Assembly (NCBI GenBank): GCA_964016885.1
Contig: OZ024740.1
Coordinates: 410,254,001-410,318,000, forward strand
Direction of reading: 5' to 3'
From: Eledone cirrhosa
Lineage: Eukaryota
Length of the DNA: 64,000 nucleotides
In this document: in pieces, positions 12,636 through 23,367 of the stretch
Layout: every line of letters starts with the position of its first letter
Numbering within the stretch: position 1 is the first letter of the stretch
Program-made: the position numbers and the translations under genes
The notes under the pieces: model-generated
The model's input: the letters and a program-made list of their open reading frames with translations, nothing else
What the model was told of the DNA's origin: nothing
Databases searched by the model: none

Positions 12636-12942
12636 GTTCAAATCCCGTCGAGGTTAACTTTGCCTTTCACCCTTACGTGGTCGATAAAATAAAGTACCAG
12701 TAATGCACTGGATAATTGCTGGCCTTGTGCCAAAAGTAGAAACAATTATTAGAAATGATGGATTGGCAGTATTGGTAGAGGGTCGGACGCCATGCTTTGA
12801 CGTATAGAGTTACGGCCTATCCATTCTGAGTTCAAATCCCGCCGAGGATACCTTTGCCGTTCATCCTTACGGGGTCGATACAATAAAGTGCCAGTAATGT
12901 ACTAGGATAATTGCTGGGCTTGTGCCAATAGTAGAAAAAATT
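12636..12942 (+). mobile_element. Two tandem SINE family A copies (first one 5'-truncated)
   Basis: GTTCAAATCCCG.CGAGG...CTTTGCC.TTCA.CCTTAC..GGTCGAT occurs twice. TTATTAGAAAT recurs at the boundaries (about 12622, 12746 and 12941). Confidence 0.8.
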
Positions 12943-13525
12943 ATTAGAAATAAAGATATCTCTATTGATGTAAGTATGTATGTATGGATGTGTATGTGTG
13001 ATGTTTATATGTGCGTGTGCGTCGCAATGCATTCTCTTATCTAAAAAGGTTTTTAAGAAATATTATTCTAAAAAGGTTTTTAAGAAATCTGCATATTAAG
13101 AAATATTATCTAGAAAACTAATTAAAATTATATTTCTCTGTAAACGATTTTGCACACAATTATAATATGAATCCAATGTGCGAATAGAAAGTTATGTCAG
13201 CTTAATTGTACACACACACACACACACACACTCTGAGGCACACACAAACACTGAGACACACACACACTATGAGACACACACGTAGGCAAAATCCCGACCA
13301 CGACGCCAAGTTGAAACCGCTCGGCATCGCGGTCGTGTTTTTACCTATCTCTATATCCACTCTATATCTCCCCCTTCATTGAGTACCCCCATGATTTGTG
13401 GTCTCCTCGCTAACAGCACCGCAGACTCTATAATACATACATTCATACATAGATACACACACATTATCTACAATGAACTCATAACATTAAGTTCATATGA
13501 GGATATCTTTAAACCAAATATTGTA

Positions 13526-13582
13526 TTTTATCTGAAGAAAGCGTACTCAAATATTGGTACCCTTGAAATATGTATAATAAAA
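13526..13582 (+). ncRNA. Type I hammerhead ribozyme in a Naiad-family terminal remnant (13515-13715)
   Basis: TTTTAT-CTGAAGA-AAG.GTAC..GTAC.CTT-GAAA-TATGTA-TA-ATAAAA gives a perfect 6-bp stem I and an intact core. The flanks are homologous to 26936-27051 and to the reverse complement of 23197-23338. Confidence 0.75.
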
Positions 13583-13897
13583 TAAATATGGTTTTATAAA
13601 GATATTTTCGAATTATTAATATTATTGATATTATACTCCAGAAACTAGTTGAGTGCTTCTAATCTGTTATAAATTAACTTTGTTATAAATCAACAAAACA
13701 AATAAGTCATTGTTTATATATATATATATATGTGTATATAGTATTAAGGATACTATTTATGGTTATGTATATACTAAAACCTTTTATAGTTATATATATT
13801 TTAAACCCTAAATAGTGAAAGACAGTAATTTATTACTATCTTATTACCAGTAAGATAAATAGCTCAATGTAACAACATCAGTTGTTTTACAGAGCAG

Positions 13898-14609
13898 TTA
13901 TATAGAAATTACATGAATCAAAGTTCTGTTTAAATCATTTATTTGCTTAGAATTGTTTCTTCCAAACCGAGGTTTGGAGTCTTAGGAGCAATTATTCAGT
14001 GATTTTTTACATACTTGACCTCCTTTTCAACACAAGAGACATATAGAAACATATGTATATATTGACCCACAGTGGGTTGACATCCATTATAATAATATAG
14101 CATGGCAATTTACATACAAAGATTACAGTCATATTAAAGGACAAAATTAAAGTTAAAATTAAAATTAAAATAAAAATAAAAATAAAACATTGACAGTTTA
14201 TGAAGATAAAGCAAGAGGAAAGTTTGGAGTAGCCAGTGTATGCAACAGTCACACGTGAGGCATGCACGCATGTCCTATTTATACAAGATTATAGTACGGC
14301 AGATTGTAACAATCTTCGTAAACTGCCAATGTTTTATTTTAATTTTAATTTTAACTTTAATTTTGTCCTTTAATATAACTGTAATCTTTGTATGTAAATT
14401 GCCATGCTATATTATTATAATGGATGTCAACCCACTGTGGGTCAATATATACATATGTTTCTATACGTCTCTTGTATTGAAAAGGAGGTCAAGTATGTAA
14501 AAAATCACTGAATAATTGCTCCTAAGACTCCAAACCTCGGTTTGGAAGAAACAATTGTAAGCAAATAAATGATTTAAACAGAACTTTGATTCATGTAATT
14601 TCTATATAA
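13898..14609. repeat. Long inverted repeat (~300-bp arms, ~100-bp spacer), PLE terminal-repeat derived
   Basis: 13898-14207 is the reverse complement of 14312-14609, and the ORF track shows near-identical peptides on opposite strands. Each arm carries a hammerhead-shaped fold. Confidence 0.88.
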
Positions 14610-14965
14610 TTTCTATATGTATATATACATATATATATTAGTTTATAAAGTTAATTGTCTCTGATTCGTAGACATCTCAATGAAAGGATAAGATATATTA
14701 ATAAATTATATACTAAGAGAAGTAATAAAATATATTAAACTTAATTTGAGGGGATATAAGCTGGACCGACTAAAATAAGTCGGTTTTACTTATACAGTTT
14801 CCCGACCATGGTTTCTGGAACTAAAAAAAAACAACAAAACAACACCAATCATTCCAAGACATTGGAATAACCAATATTGGAAGAATTACAGTTCCTTCAT
14901 CTGAAGGAGATTTCTTTGGAATAAGGGGAGAAATTGAATGCATATCATAATAACATGTCGTTGTG

Positions 14966-15222
14966 AAAGCGCATGGCTTAGTGGTTAGAGCATTGGGCTT
15001 GCAATCGAAAGGTTGTCAGTTCAATTCTCGGACCAGGGTGATGTGTTGTTTCCTTGAGCAAGACACTTTATTTCACGTTGCTCCAGTTTACTCAGCTGTA
15101 GAAATGGGATGATAGGACTGGGGTCCCTATCATTAAATCACCCAAGACACCTCCAACGAGATATACCTTGGAGGAGGCCAGCTAAACCTGCATAGGTGTG
15201 AGCTGTAACAACAACAACAACA
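14966..15222 (+). mobile_element. tRNA-derived SINE with a CORE-like central domain and (CAA)n tail
   Basis: A-box TGGCTTAGTGG, B-box-like AGTTCAATTCT, then TCCTTGAGCAAGACACTTTATTTCACGTTGCTCCAG; ends in AACAACAACAAC. Confidence 0.7.
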
Positions 15223-17354
15223 TGTCATTGCCAGACCGCATGGGGAACAACGTGTTACATAGCTGAATTACTAGATGAATATATCCCACTCAGTATAATA
15301 GAACAACTGCTCCATCATTGTTGAGCAAATTTAAACGGTTTTGACTGCTATTTCCAGCGTCAATATAAGTCCATCGTGTCATCCATCATCAACACATCCA
15401 ACATGGATTTATAACCAGCACACACTATCAAACAATACTGCTAATAGATGTTACAGTTCATCATGGCAAACATAGAATGTTTTGTTAGTTCGCAACGATT
15501 CGTTTACACCTAAGTACATGGCTGTATTGGACAACAGTAAACTACTACAATGTTTCCTCGCTAAGAGATCTTGATAAAATGTCAAAATTTAGAAGCTTTG
15601 CTACACCTTTAATATTGTAAAGTGGTGATACACAAAAACATGAATATGAATCAGAGACATATTTCAATTAATCTACCATATTGGTTAGTAAAATGTATCT
15701 CATTTTATATCGTTTTATGATAGGCCTTTCCTTCGATTTTCTCTATATTGTTGAAACCTAGAAATTACATACCACTTTACTGACTCTTACATTTTAGAAT
15801 CAATAAATCTCTTAATATGAGAATGAAAACTAATTTTGATAGAAATATCTAATAATAAACATGAACAATTAATAACTACATTTTCTTTATAAGACAGTAA
15901 AAATAGTATTAGCTTGGTATTAACTGATACAAATGGCTGGCTATATCGATAGATTTTACCTTCGAGCTTCATTGGAATATTTCCAGAATCATTACGGTTG
16001 ACCTTATTGTTCAAAAGTCCTAACATTAATGCTCTGGCTACTCGTATCAATGTATGTATTATTGACTATCTTTTGTAGAGGCACAATATCACAAATTATT
16101 TACTATTAAATAATGAAGTTGTGTGAATTTCATATTTTGTATGTGAAGTATAATGTCTCCAATCTGGATTCAAAACTCTTTTTTTGTGTAGGTTCAGCAA
16201 GATCTTTTCACATAATCGCACCATTTTATCGAGAGTGAAATTAATATGGACATATTCAGCCGATTTATATGTTGTATTTGGATTAGCAGTGTTTACATGG
16301 TGGATTAAAGACTATTTCACTTCACCTACACATCCAATACTCTTATGAAAATGGAATGATATGAGTGACATCCAAAGTGTAAAATATAATTTTTGATATA
16401 GTCCTCCTATATGCTCAGTATTGTTTCAATACAGGTCTACTCAGATCACACAGATCTAAGATTAAAGACGTTCCTCTCGTGCCACAGTGCTTATTTTTTT
16501 CATTTAAGCTGAAGATTATGTTTTGAGCGAGATTTCACTACTATTTCTAACAGATTGAGTGACTATCATACTGATTGGATTTATGTGTACGTGATCTTAA
16601 GGTATTAACGCAACAAAATCTTGCATAAAGCAGTGAGGCAATATGCTGGTTTAGTTATTAAGCATGTATAGTTTTGAATTTCAAATTTTTATTCATAGAT
16701 ATAAAAACAACATAATATCGTTCAACATCTGATAGTTGCAGCTATTGCAAGTTGAGCCATTCTGGTGCAACGCCAGATTAAATGATTACGCAGCTGTACA
16801 AAATATAAGGTAGAGTCAAGTACGTAAATAGAAAGAAACTACGTAGCTGTGAAACGGAAATGTATATGTATAGGGAAGAATGAGTGAAAAAGGTGCATTG
16901 TCCCCCAAAAAGGAATTATTAACGAATTATGAAATAGTATTTTTGCTTCTGTTACAGAATCGTGTATTGATTAGAAATGTAATACATTATTGCGAATCGA
17001 TGTTAGTAAATATAAAAGATATTCTGATTAGAAGAAGCAAGTAATAGAACTCACAGAATTCTGTATAGAATATCCTCTTTGAACACAATTACATATAAAA
17101 AAAAACAACCACACAGTGAAAATTTTACCTAAAACATGTAAGCGAATATTAGTTTGATGTAATAAACATTCTCGCATGTTATGCATGCCAAAAGGAATAT
17201 GTATTTGAATCATTAAATTATTTCCTATGTTATAATACATGTTACGTCAAGACCGCCATTCTTTTTCATCTGTGTTCGAAATTAATCTCATTTCTCATTC
17301 ATGTTCATATGTGTATTTTGTTAAAACCTTCTTTGTTCTTCCTCTTCTCCATCC

Positions 17355-17487
17355 CTAACCTCCATCATCATTATTGTCATGATCCTCTCCCCTCCTCCTC
17401 CTCCTCATCATCATCATCATCATTATCGTGATCATGATCATGATGATGATGATCATCATCATCGTCCTCATTATGATCATCATGATC

Positions 17488-17519
<32 letters not shown>

Positions 17520-17565
17520 CGTGATGATGATCATGATGATGATGATGATGATCATCATCATCATC
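17355..17565. repeat. (CAT/GAT)n trinucleotide low-complexity tract
   Basis: Directly visible. Confidence 0.9.
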
Positions 17566-17629
17566 TTGCAGTTGTTCCTCCGCTCCTAATGCCTGATCTC
17601 CTCTACTTCTTCCTCAATTTCATAATGAC

Positions 17630-17765
17630 GATGAATTGGCTGAGTCGTTAGAGCATAGGACAAAATGACATGCGCTATCTGTTCTGAGTCTCTGTGCTTT
17701 GAGTTCAAATCCTGCTGAAGTGAACTTTGTTTTCACCCTTTTGAGATCAATAGAAATAAGTATTA
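17630..17765 (+). mobile_element. Diverged tRNA-derived SINE related to family A
   Basis: TGGCTGAGTCGTTAGAGC ... GAGTTCAAATCCTGCTGAAGTGAACTTTG. Confidence 0.6.
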
Positions 17766-18432
17766 ATCCAGGCGAGATGGTTGACGGAATTACTAAAGCA
17801 CCAGACCAGATGGTTTGCGACATTTGCTCTTCGTACCAGATTTGAGGAGACACATCTCTAACTGTAACCTTAATCTCAGTGGTTTTTAATAGGTTCATTG
17901 GAACTGTCCTTACTCCGCTGTTTAGACAGTCAAAAGTAAATCCTCATTATCATCATCACCACCACTACCATCATCATCGCCGCCTTCCTCCTCATCATCA
18001 TAAAAAATATGTTGTCCGATGTATTATTCCTTTTCTATGGCGTTGAAATATATTTAAACAAAATTGGGTTGCTACGTCGACCTTTTCTTTTAATGAAGTT
18101 CCTTTGAATTGTTAGTGCAAGATTCGTGAAATATCGAAATAAATTACAATTAAATCTTCATTTATACCTTCTCTACCCCTCTCGACTATATGTGACAAAC
18201 CTCAAAACCTTCACCCATACCAATGGTCAAAGAATTATCGTTCCACGTCACAGCTCACAGATTAATGATGTGAAACTCTTTACCCCCACTCCCTCTCCAC
18301 TTAACTCTCTCTCTACTATCACATTGTATTTTATTCTATTTTTATTGTCATTTTGACTTATTTATATTTTCTTAAACGAAATCCCATTCCTGAATTCTAC
18401 CGTGTAGTGAATAGTCACTTCCACAATTATAG

Positions 18433-18543
18433 GCTTTCTGATGAAGTGTGATAACTAACTAAGTATTGCATATGATTGAACAATATATATTGTAGTCAGG
18501 ATATGTAGACAATTATAATAGACAGAGAAACATATGTTAAAGC
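18433..18543 (+). ncRNA. Hammerhead ribozyme motif with a long insertion in stem/loop II
   Basis: GCTTT-CTGATGA-(~80 nt)-GAAAC-ATAT-GTT-AAAGC has a perfect 5-bp stem I and a palindromic stem III, followed by AATAAA. Confidence 0.6.
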
Positions 18544-18636
18544 AAATAAATTCGTAATCTCCTCCTTTCTCGCCGATGTTTATATTTTACTTGGTGCAAT
18601 AATTGCTTATATACATACATACATGCATACATACAT

Positions 18637-18689
<53 letters not shown>

Positions 18690-19546
18690 TCCGAATTATA
18701 GTGACTACGTGTTTCACTCCCCCATATATATATACACATATATAGATATGTGGGTGTATGTGTTTGTGCTTGATTTCATATTTTTGTATGGTAATTCTTA
18801 TTTCACTAACACACTCCTCCTATTGAGTGAATTGCTTAATGTTATTCTGTGAGTGATTTATGAAATATGCTCTTAAACCAAGCATTTACCAATATATTAA
18901 AAGTGATAATGTTTCCATATGGGATAAACGTAATAGGGTTATCACTCGTAATGGTAAAATGTCATGTTAATTCTGTTATCATTTCAAAAGCCAAACCAAT
19001 AACCAAATCATTTTATGAGCTGAGACAAAGCCGTATAAACACCATCCGTAACATTTGAAAAACTATATTGAAATTGAATATAATTCTAATGGATTTGCCA
19101 TCATTATAGTTTCTATTTAAAGGGGCATTGCAAATAGCGAAAGACAACAAAAAGAAGAAATAAGAAAGGAAAAAGAACAAAAGAAAGGAAGAAAGATAGA
19201 ATGAAAGAAAAATTCCGCCTTTCAAAGCAGATATCTTCGTCATGATATTTTATTGCATTTAAGAACATTAAATATAATTATGATATCTATCCAAATAAAT
19301 ACTATTTTTTACCTATAAAACAATATTAATTAAAATAGTGTGTGTGTTTTCTTTTCATTAGTATAGGGTCACATATATATGGAAAAGTGGGCATAGTCTG
19401 TTGATTCGAACCCGGCAGTTCAGAATTTTTCCGGGAAGTGGAAAGTCGATTAAGTCAACCAAATGCTTGACTAATACTTTATTATATCGATACACGATGG
19501 ATCAAATCAAATTTATATTCATGATATTTGAATTTATAACGTAATT

Positions 19547-21040
19547 AAAATATGGTCATCGGAACTCTCTGCGCAAACAAAACAAAACAGTGGCTCACAA
19601 TGTGTTTGCTGTGCCTGTCCTAACACCAACGTTTGGAATACTCAATTGGACGATAGACGAAATCCGAGCAATTGATGTTAGAACTCGAAAAATATTAAAC
19701 AACACCGGAAACTTCCACATCAACAGTGACATAGTCCGCCTTTACTAGAAAGATAAACAGGGAGACAGGCCTAAAATCAGTCCAGAAAGCATTTGAATGT
19801 CACATCATATCCCTCCGACAATATCTACGAACCTCGAAGTGTAGGAGCCCGTCTCTCGAGCAAGTCTATCTGCATGAAACAGATAAGATCATGAAGGTCG
19901 GGAAGGAACTCCATGAGAGATATTCCCTGTGTGATAACCAAAAACTCACACCCAGCAAAGTTTCTCAGCAGTATCGCAGTGAATCCATGGATGAAAGACT
20001 GCATGCTTATCAGCAAAAAATCATGCATGGATATGTTGCCAAGAAGCTCCAGAGTGAGAGTAATATAGATAAGGAAAGTTGTCTATCTTGGATCAACAAC
20101 CGCTATATTGGCTCCCACTTTGAAGGATACGCTTTTGCAATCCAAGAACAGGAAATCAACACGAAATACCTGATTCACAAAAGAGATAGGGATGCAGGCA
20201 AAACACCTAGATGTGATAACAAGTGCAGACTCTGCAGAACTAACATCGAGGATATCACTCATATCATAAGCAGCTGTCCAAAGATGTCATCTCGGTACTA
20301 TCTACCCATGAGGCATGATGTAGGGACAAAAACACTGCACAATGCAATCCGTAGAAAAGATAGCCCCGATAATAAACATATTAAAAGCTACAGCAATGTG
20401 GAAGACATACATATACATAATATGAAAGAGTAGTGGTGGAATGTTCCAGTAAAAACCCCAATAAAATGCAGGCATAACAGACCAGATATTATGATATGGG
20501 GACAGGGAAAAGAAAGCATGCACAGTAGTGGAAGTTAGCTGTCCAACAGATGCCAATATAATATCAAAGATTAGCGACAAGGAGAATATTTATGCAGAAC
20601 TGATGAAAAATCTGCAGATACTCCACCCTGATTATACCTTCAGATTTATGCCTGCGATTATTGGGGCACTGGGATATGTTAGTAACTGCCTCAATACAAA
20701 TCTTGAGAAGCTGGGCTTCACAGGAACAGAAAGAACACAACTAGTTAGGAAATTACAAGTACAATCCATTAATGAAACAGTAAAAATGTGTAAAACATTT
20801 CAAACATTTTGCATCTAATAACTGCATATACACATGTACAGTTAAAAACATAAACACATGCACACATACAACTCAAAACATACACATGCGCACATACAAT
20901 AACATCCATATCTACACATGCATACATATCTACCTAGTTGATGTTGTGTAAATTCCAATGAGAGAGTCTTGTGTCTATGTTAGAAACTGACTCTCTCTCT
21001 ATTGGCAAACATTTGTGAAATTATAAAACCAGAAGAATAT
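19547..21040 (+). mobile_element. 5'-truncated R4/Dong-like RLE-domain non-LTR retrotransposon, decayed
   Basis: 'AHNVFAVPVLTPTFGILNWTIDEIRAIDVRTRKIL', CCHC knuckle 'CRLCRTNIEDITHIISSC', 'RHD', and restriction-like endonuclease 'NRPDI...VVEVSCP...KENIY'. It contains stops and frameshifts and ends in (TACA)n. Confidence 0.85.
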
Positions 21041-21054
21041 ACATACATACATAT

Positions 21055-21085
<31 letters not shown>

Positions 21086-21139
21086 CATACATACATACAT
21101 ACATATATACATACATACATAAATGCACACATAATACAT

Positions 21140-21480
21140 GCTGATGATGACTGCAAATTCGATTTCAAGTAATACCATCGCTTGATACTTAAGCATGAGC
21201 ATCACAGACGTGACCTTTTAGTCCTGCCAGGGACTTGTCTATGGCCAGCAATACCATGCATCGCCAAAACTGTCACATATGAAGCGACTCCTGCGCTTGA
21301 ATCTTTTCCAAGTGAGGAAAGGCTTTGCACGCGACCAATCCCACTCTGTGAACATCGAATGCATTTACCCAAAAAGTTGAGCTGGTCTACATCATTGGAT
21401 GCAAACGAAGTTGCAGGCTTTATATAAGAGTGACCTTCTCCTAGAGCGATATCTTAATGAAGACTAGGAGTTTCTTGCTC
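21140..21480 (-). mobile_element. Dispersed repeat, probable RTE-type 5' UTR remnant
   Basis: Minus strand CTAGGAGAAGG...CAGAGTGGGATTGG...CTTTCCTCACTT is homologous to 31248-31530. Confidence 0.45.
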
Positions 21481-21902
21481 CATACCCCCCCCCCCCCCCA
21501 AACAACAACACTCATATCGGTAAAACAATTAATGATGTGGTTAGAAGCATAGAACTCGAACTTGGTTTGATTTGCTCACAGTATTATATTTCTCTCGATA
21601 AAAGTAAACTTCTAATTTCTATTAAGGGAAGGATACCGCAATAAATTTATTAAAATAATCCAAACAACTGCTCACAATAAAGCTACCGGAGAGAAAATTT
21701 AATCAGCGAGCATTAATCAAATATTGATTAATTTTTAATTAATTATTTAGATTTAGATAAAATAATTCCAGCAAAGATTATTTTGAAAACTTAAAGGTGA
21801 TTAATTTGAATCAAATAGATATAAAACGTTAGACACGGTTGATAGAAATGGTACAGTATAGGACAAAACATTTTACAGTGCAAAATCATGTTGGCTTACA
21901 TT

Positions 21903-22060
21903 GTTGACTTTGCCTTTCATCCTTACGGGGTCGATAAAATAAAGTACCAGTAATGCAGTGGGTAATTGCTGGCCTTGTGCCTAAAGTAGAAACAATTATT
22001 TGTCTTTACTCTGGGTAATTGCTGGCCTTCTGCCAAAAAGTAGAAACAATTATTTGTCTT
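21903..22060 (+). mobile_element. SINE family A 3' half with a tandem duplication of its tail
   Basis: GGTAATTGCTGGCCTT.TGCC...AGTAGAAACAATTATTTGTCTTT occurs twice. Confidence 0.75.
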
Positions 22061-23119
22061 TCATAATCCCGGCTCTTATAAAATATATACACGTCAATTG
22101 CAACAGATTGATTAAATGGATACTCATCTCCCGGACAATTGGCGCGCTTAAGAGAAAGCTAATATTAAAAAAAAATATTCGAATTAGCTACGGATAGCTA
22201 TGGCTTGAAGAAGATCGCTTTGCAAATACATGGTTTCAGAATCACCACAACTAGGCGTCACCTCTTTTTGATCGTCTCAGATTGATCAAAACTATGTGAG
22301 TGAAATTTGCATATATTTGGTAGACTTTAGAAAGCTTGAAAATTCTACCATACATGATCAGTGCAGCATCAGAAGAAACTAACATTTTCTCAAATACTCC
22401 TCTAAATATGAGGAAATTATTTTACAATTTTTTACAGCCATAAAGTATTCGGCAAAGAGAAATTCATCAACAAGGAATCTTTAAAAATATTTTTAATACC
22501 CTTGGACATTTTAGGTGGCATTTCCTTTTTGCTAAGTTAAATATTGTATTGAAAGAGGCAACTCGTTCTCCTTTAATATCAGCATAAGTTGATGACTGGA
22601 GAATTGACATGGAAGTTGGATGTTTTCCAAAACTTTTATTCCGTGTCTTAAAATATCAAAGATCACAATTTTCGAGGTGGCCTTTCATTACTGAAATCTT
22701 CATTGTATCATTTTTATATATCTTCTCATACAACAAACACAGAGGTATTGTCTTGTCAGTGACTGAACGAATAAACTAAATTCCAGATATTACAGTGAAT
22801 ATGGCCGATATATTTTCTTTTTAGCTTCGAAGGGTGACATGCTGTAAAATTAATAGGCTATAATATAGCTTCAAAGTCTGTATAATATGAATTTTATAAG
22901 ACATAAAATGGTATTTCTAAAGTTGTCGCAAAAGAGTTATATAACCTATAATAATATTACAATATAATACCAAATTAGATATTCCTTTTATTTTTATTTT
23001 CACATTCGAGTTACCATATTGGGAAAGAAATTTGACACTAACAGTCATGGGCAAAAGCAATAATATAAACCTGTGATAGCAGCTAACTGACTGGAAGTAA
23101 TTATATATATATGTATGTG

Positions 23120-23198
<79 letters not shown>

Positions 23199-23367
23199 GG
23201 AAAGTTATATTTAAATTGTTGGGTTACAACTAGTAAATATTTATAACTGATATAAAAGCACTCAACAAGTATTTGGAGTATATTTACGATATTAAATAAA
23301 TGGAAACTATATTTATAAAACCATATTTATTTCATTATCCCGTATTTATTTCATTATAACTGAAAAA

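Noticed and set aside
15300-16450. Decayed DNA transposase (piggyBac-like?)
   Set aside because: Only vague peptide hints; no catalytic motif or TIRs could be identified.
22300-22900. Coding-like unique stretch
   Set aside because: All frames I read are interrupted and no motif is recognisable.
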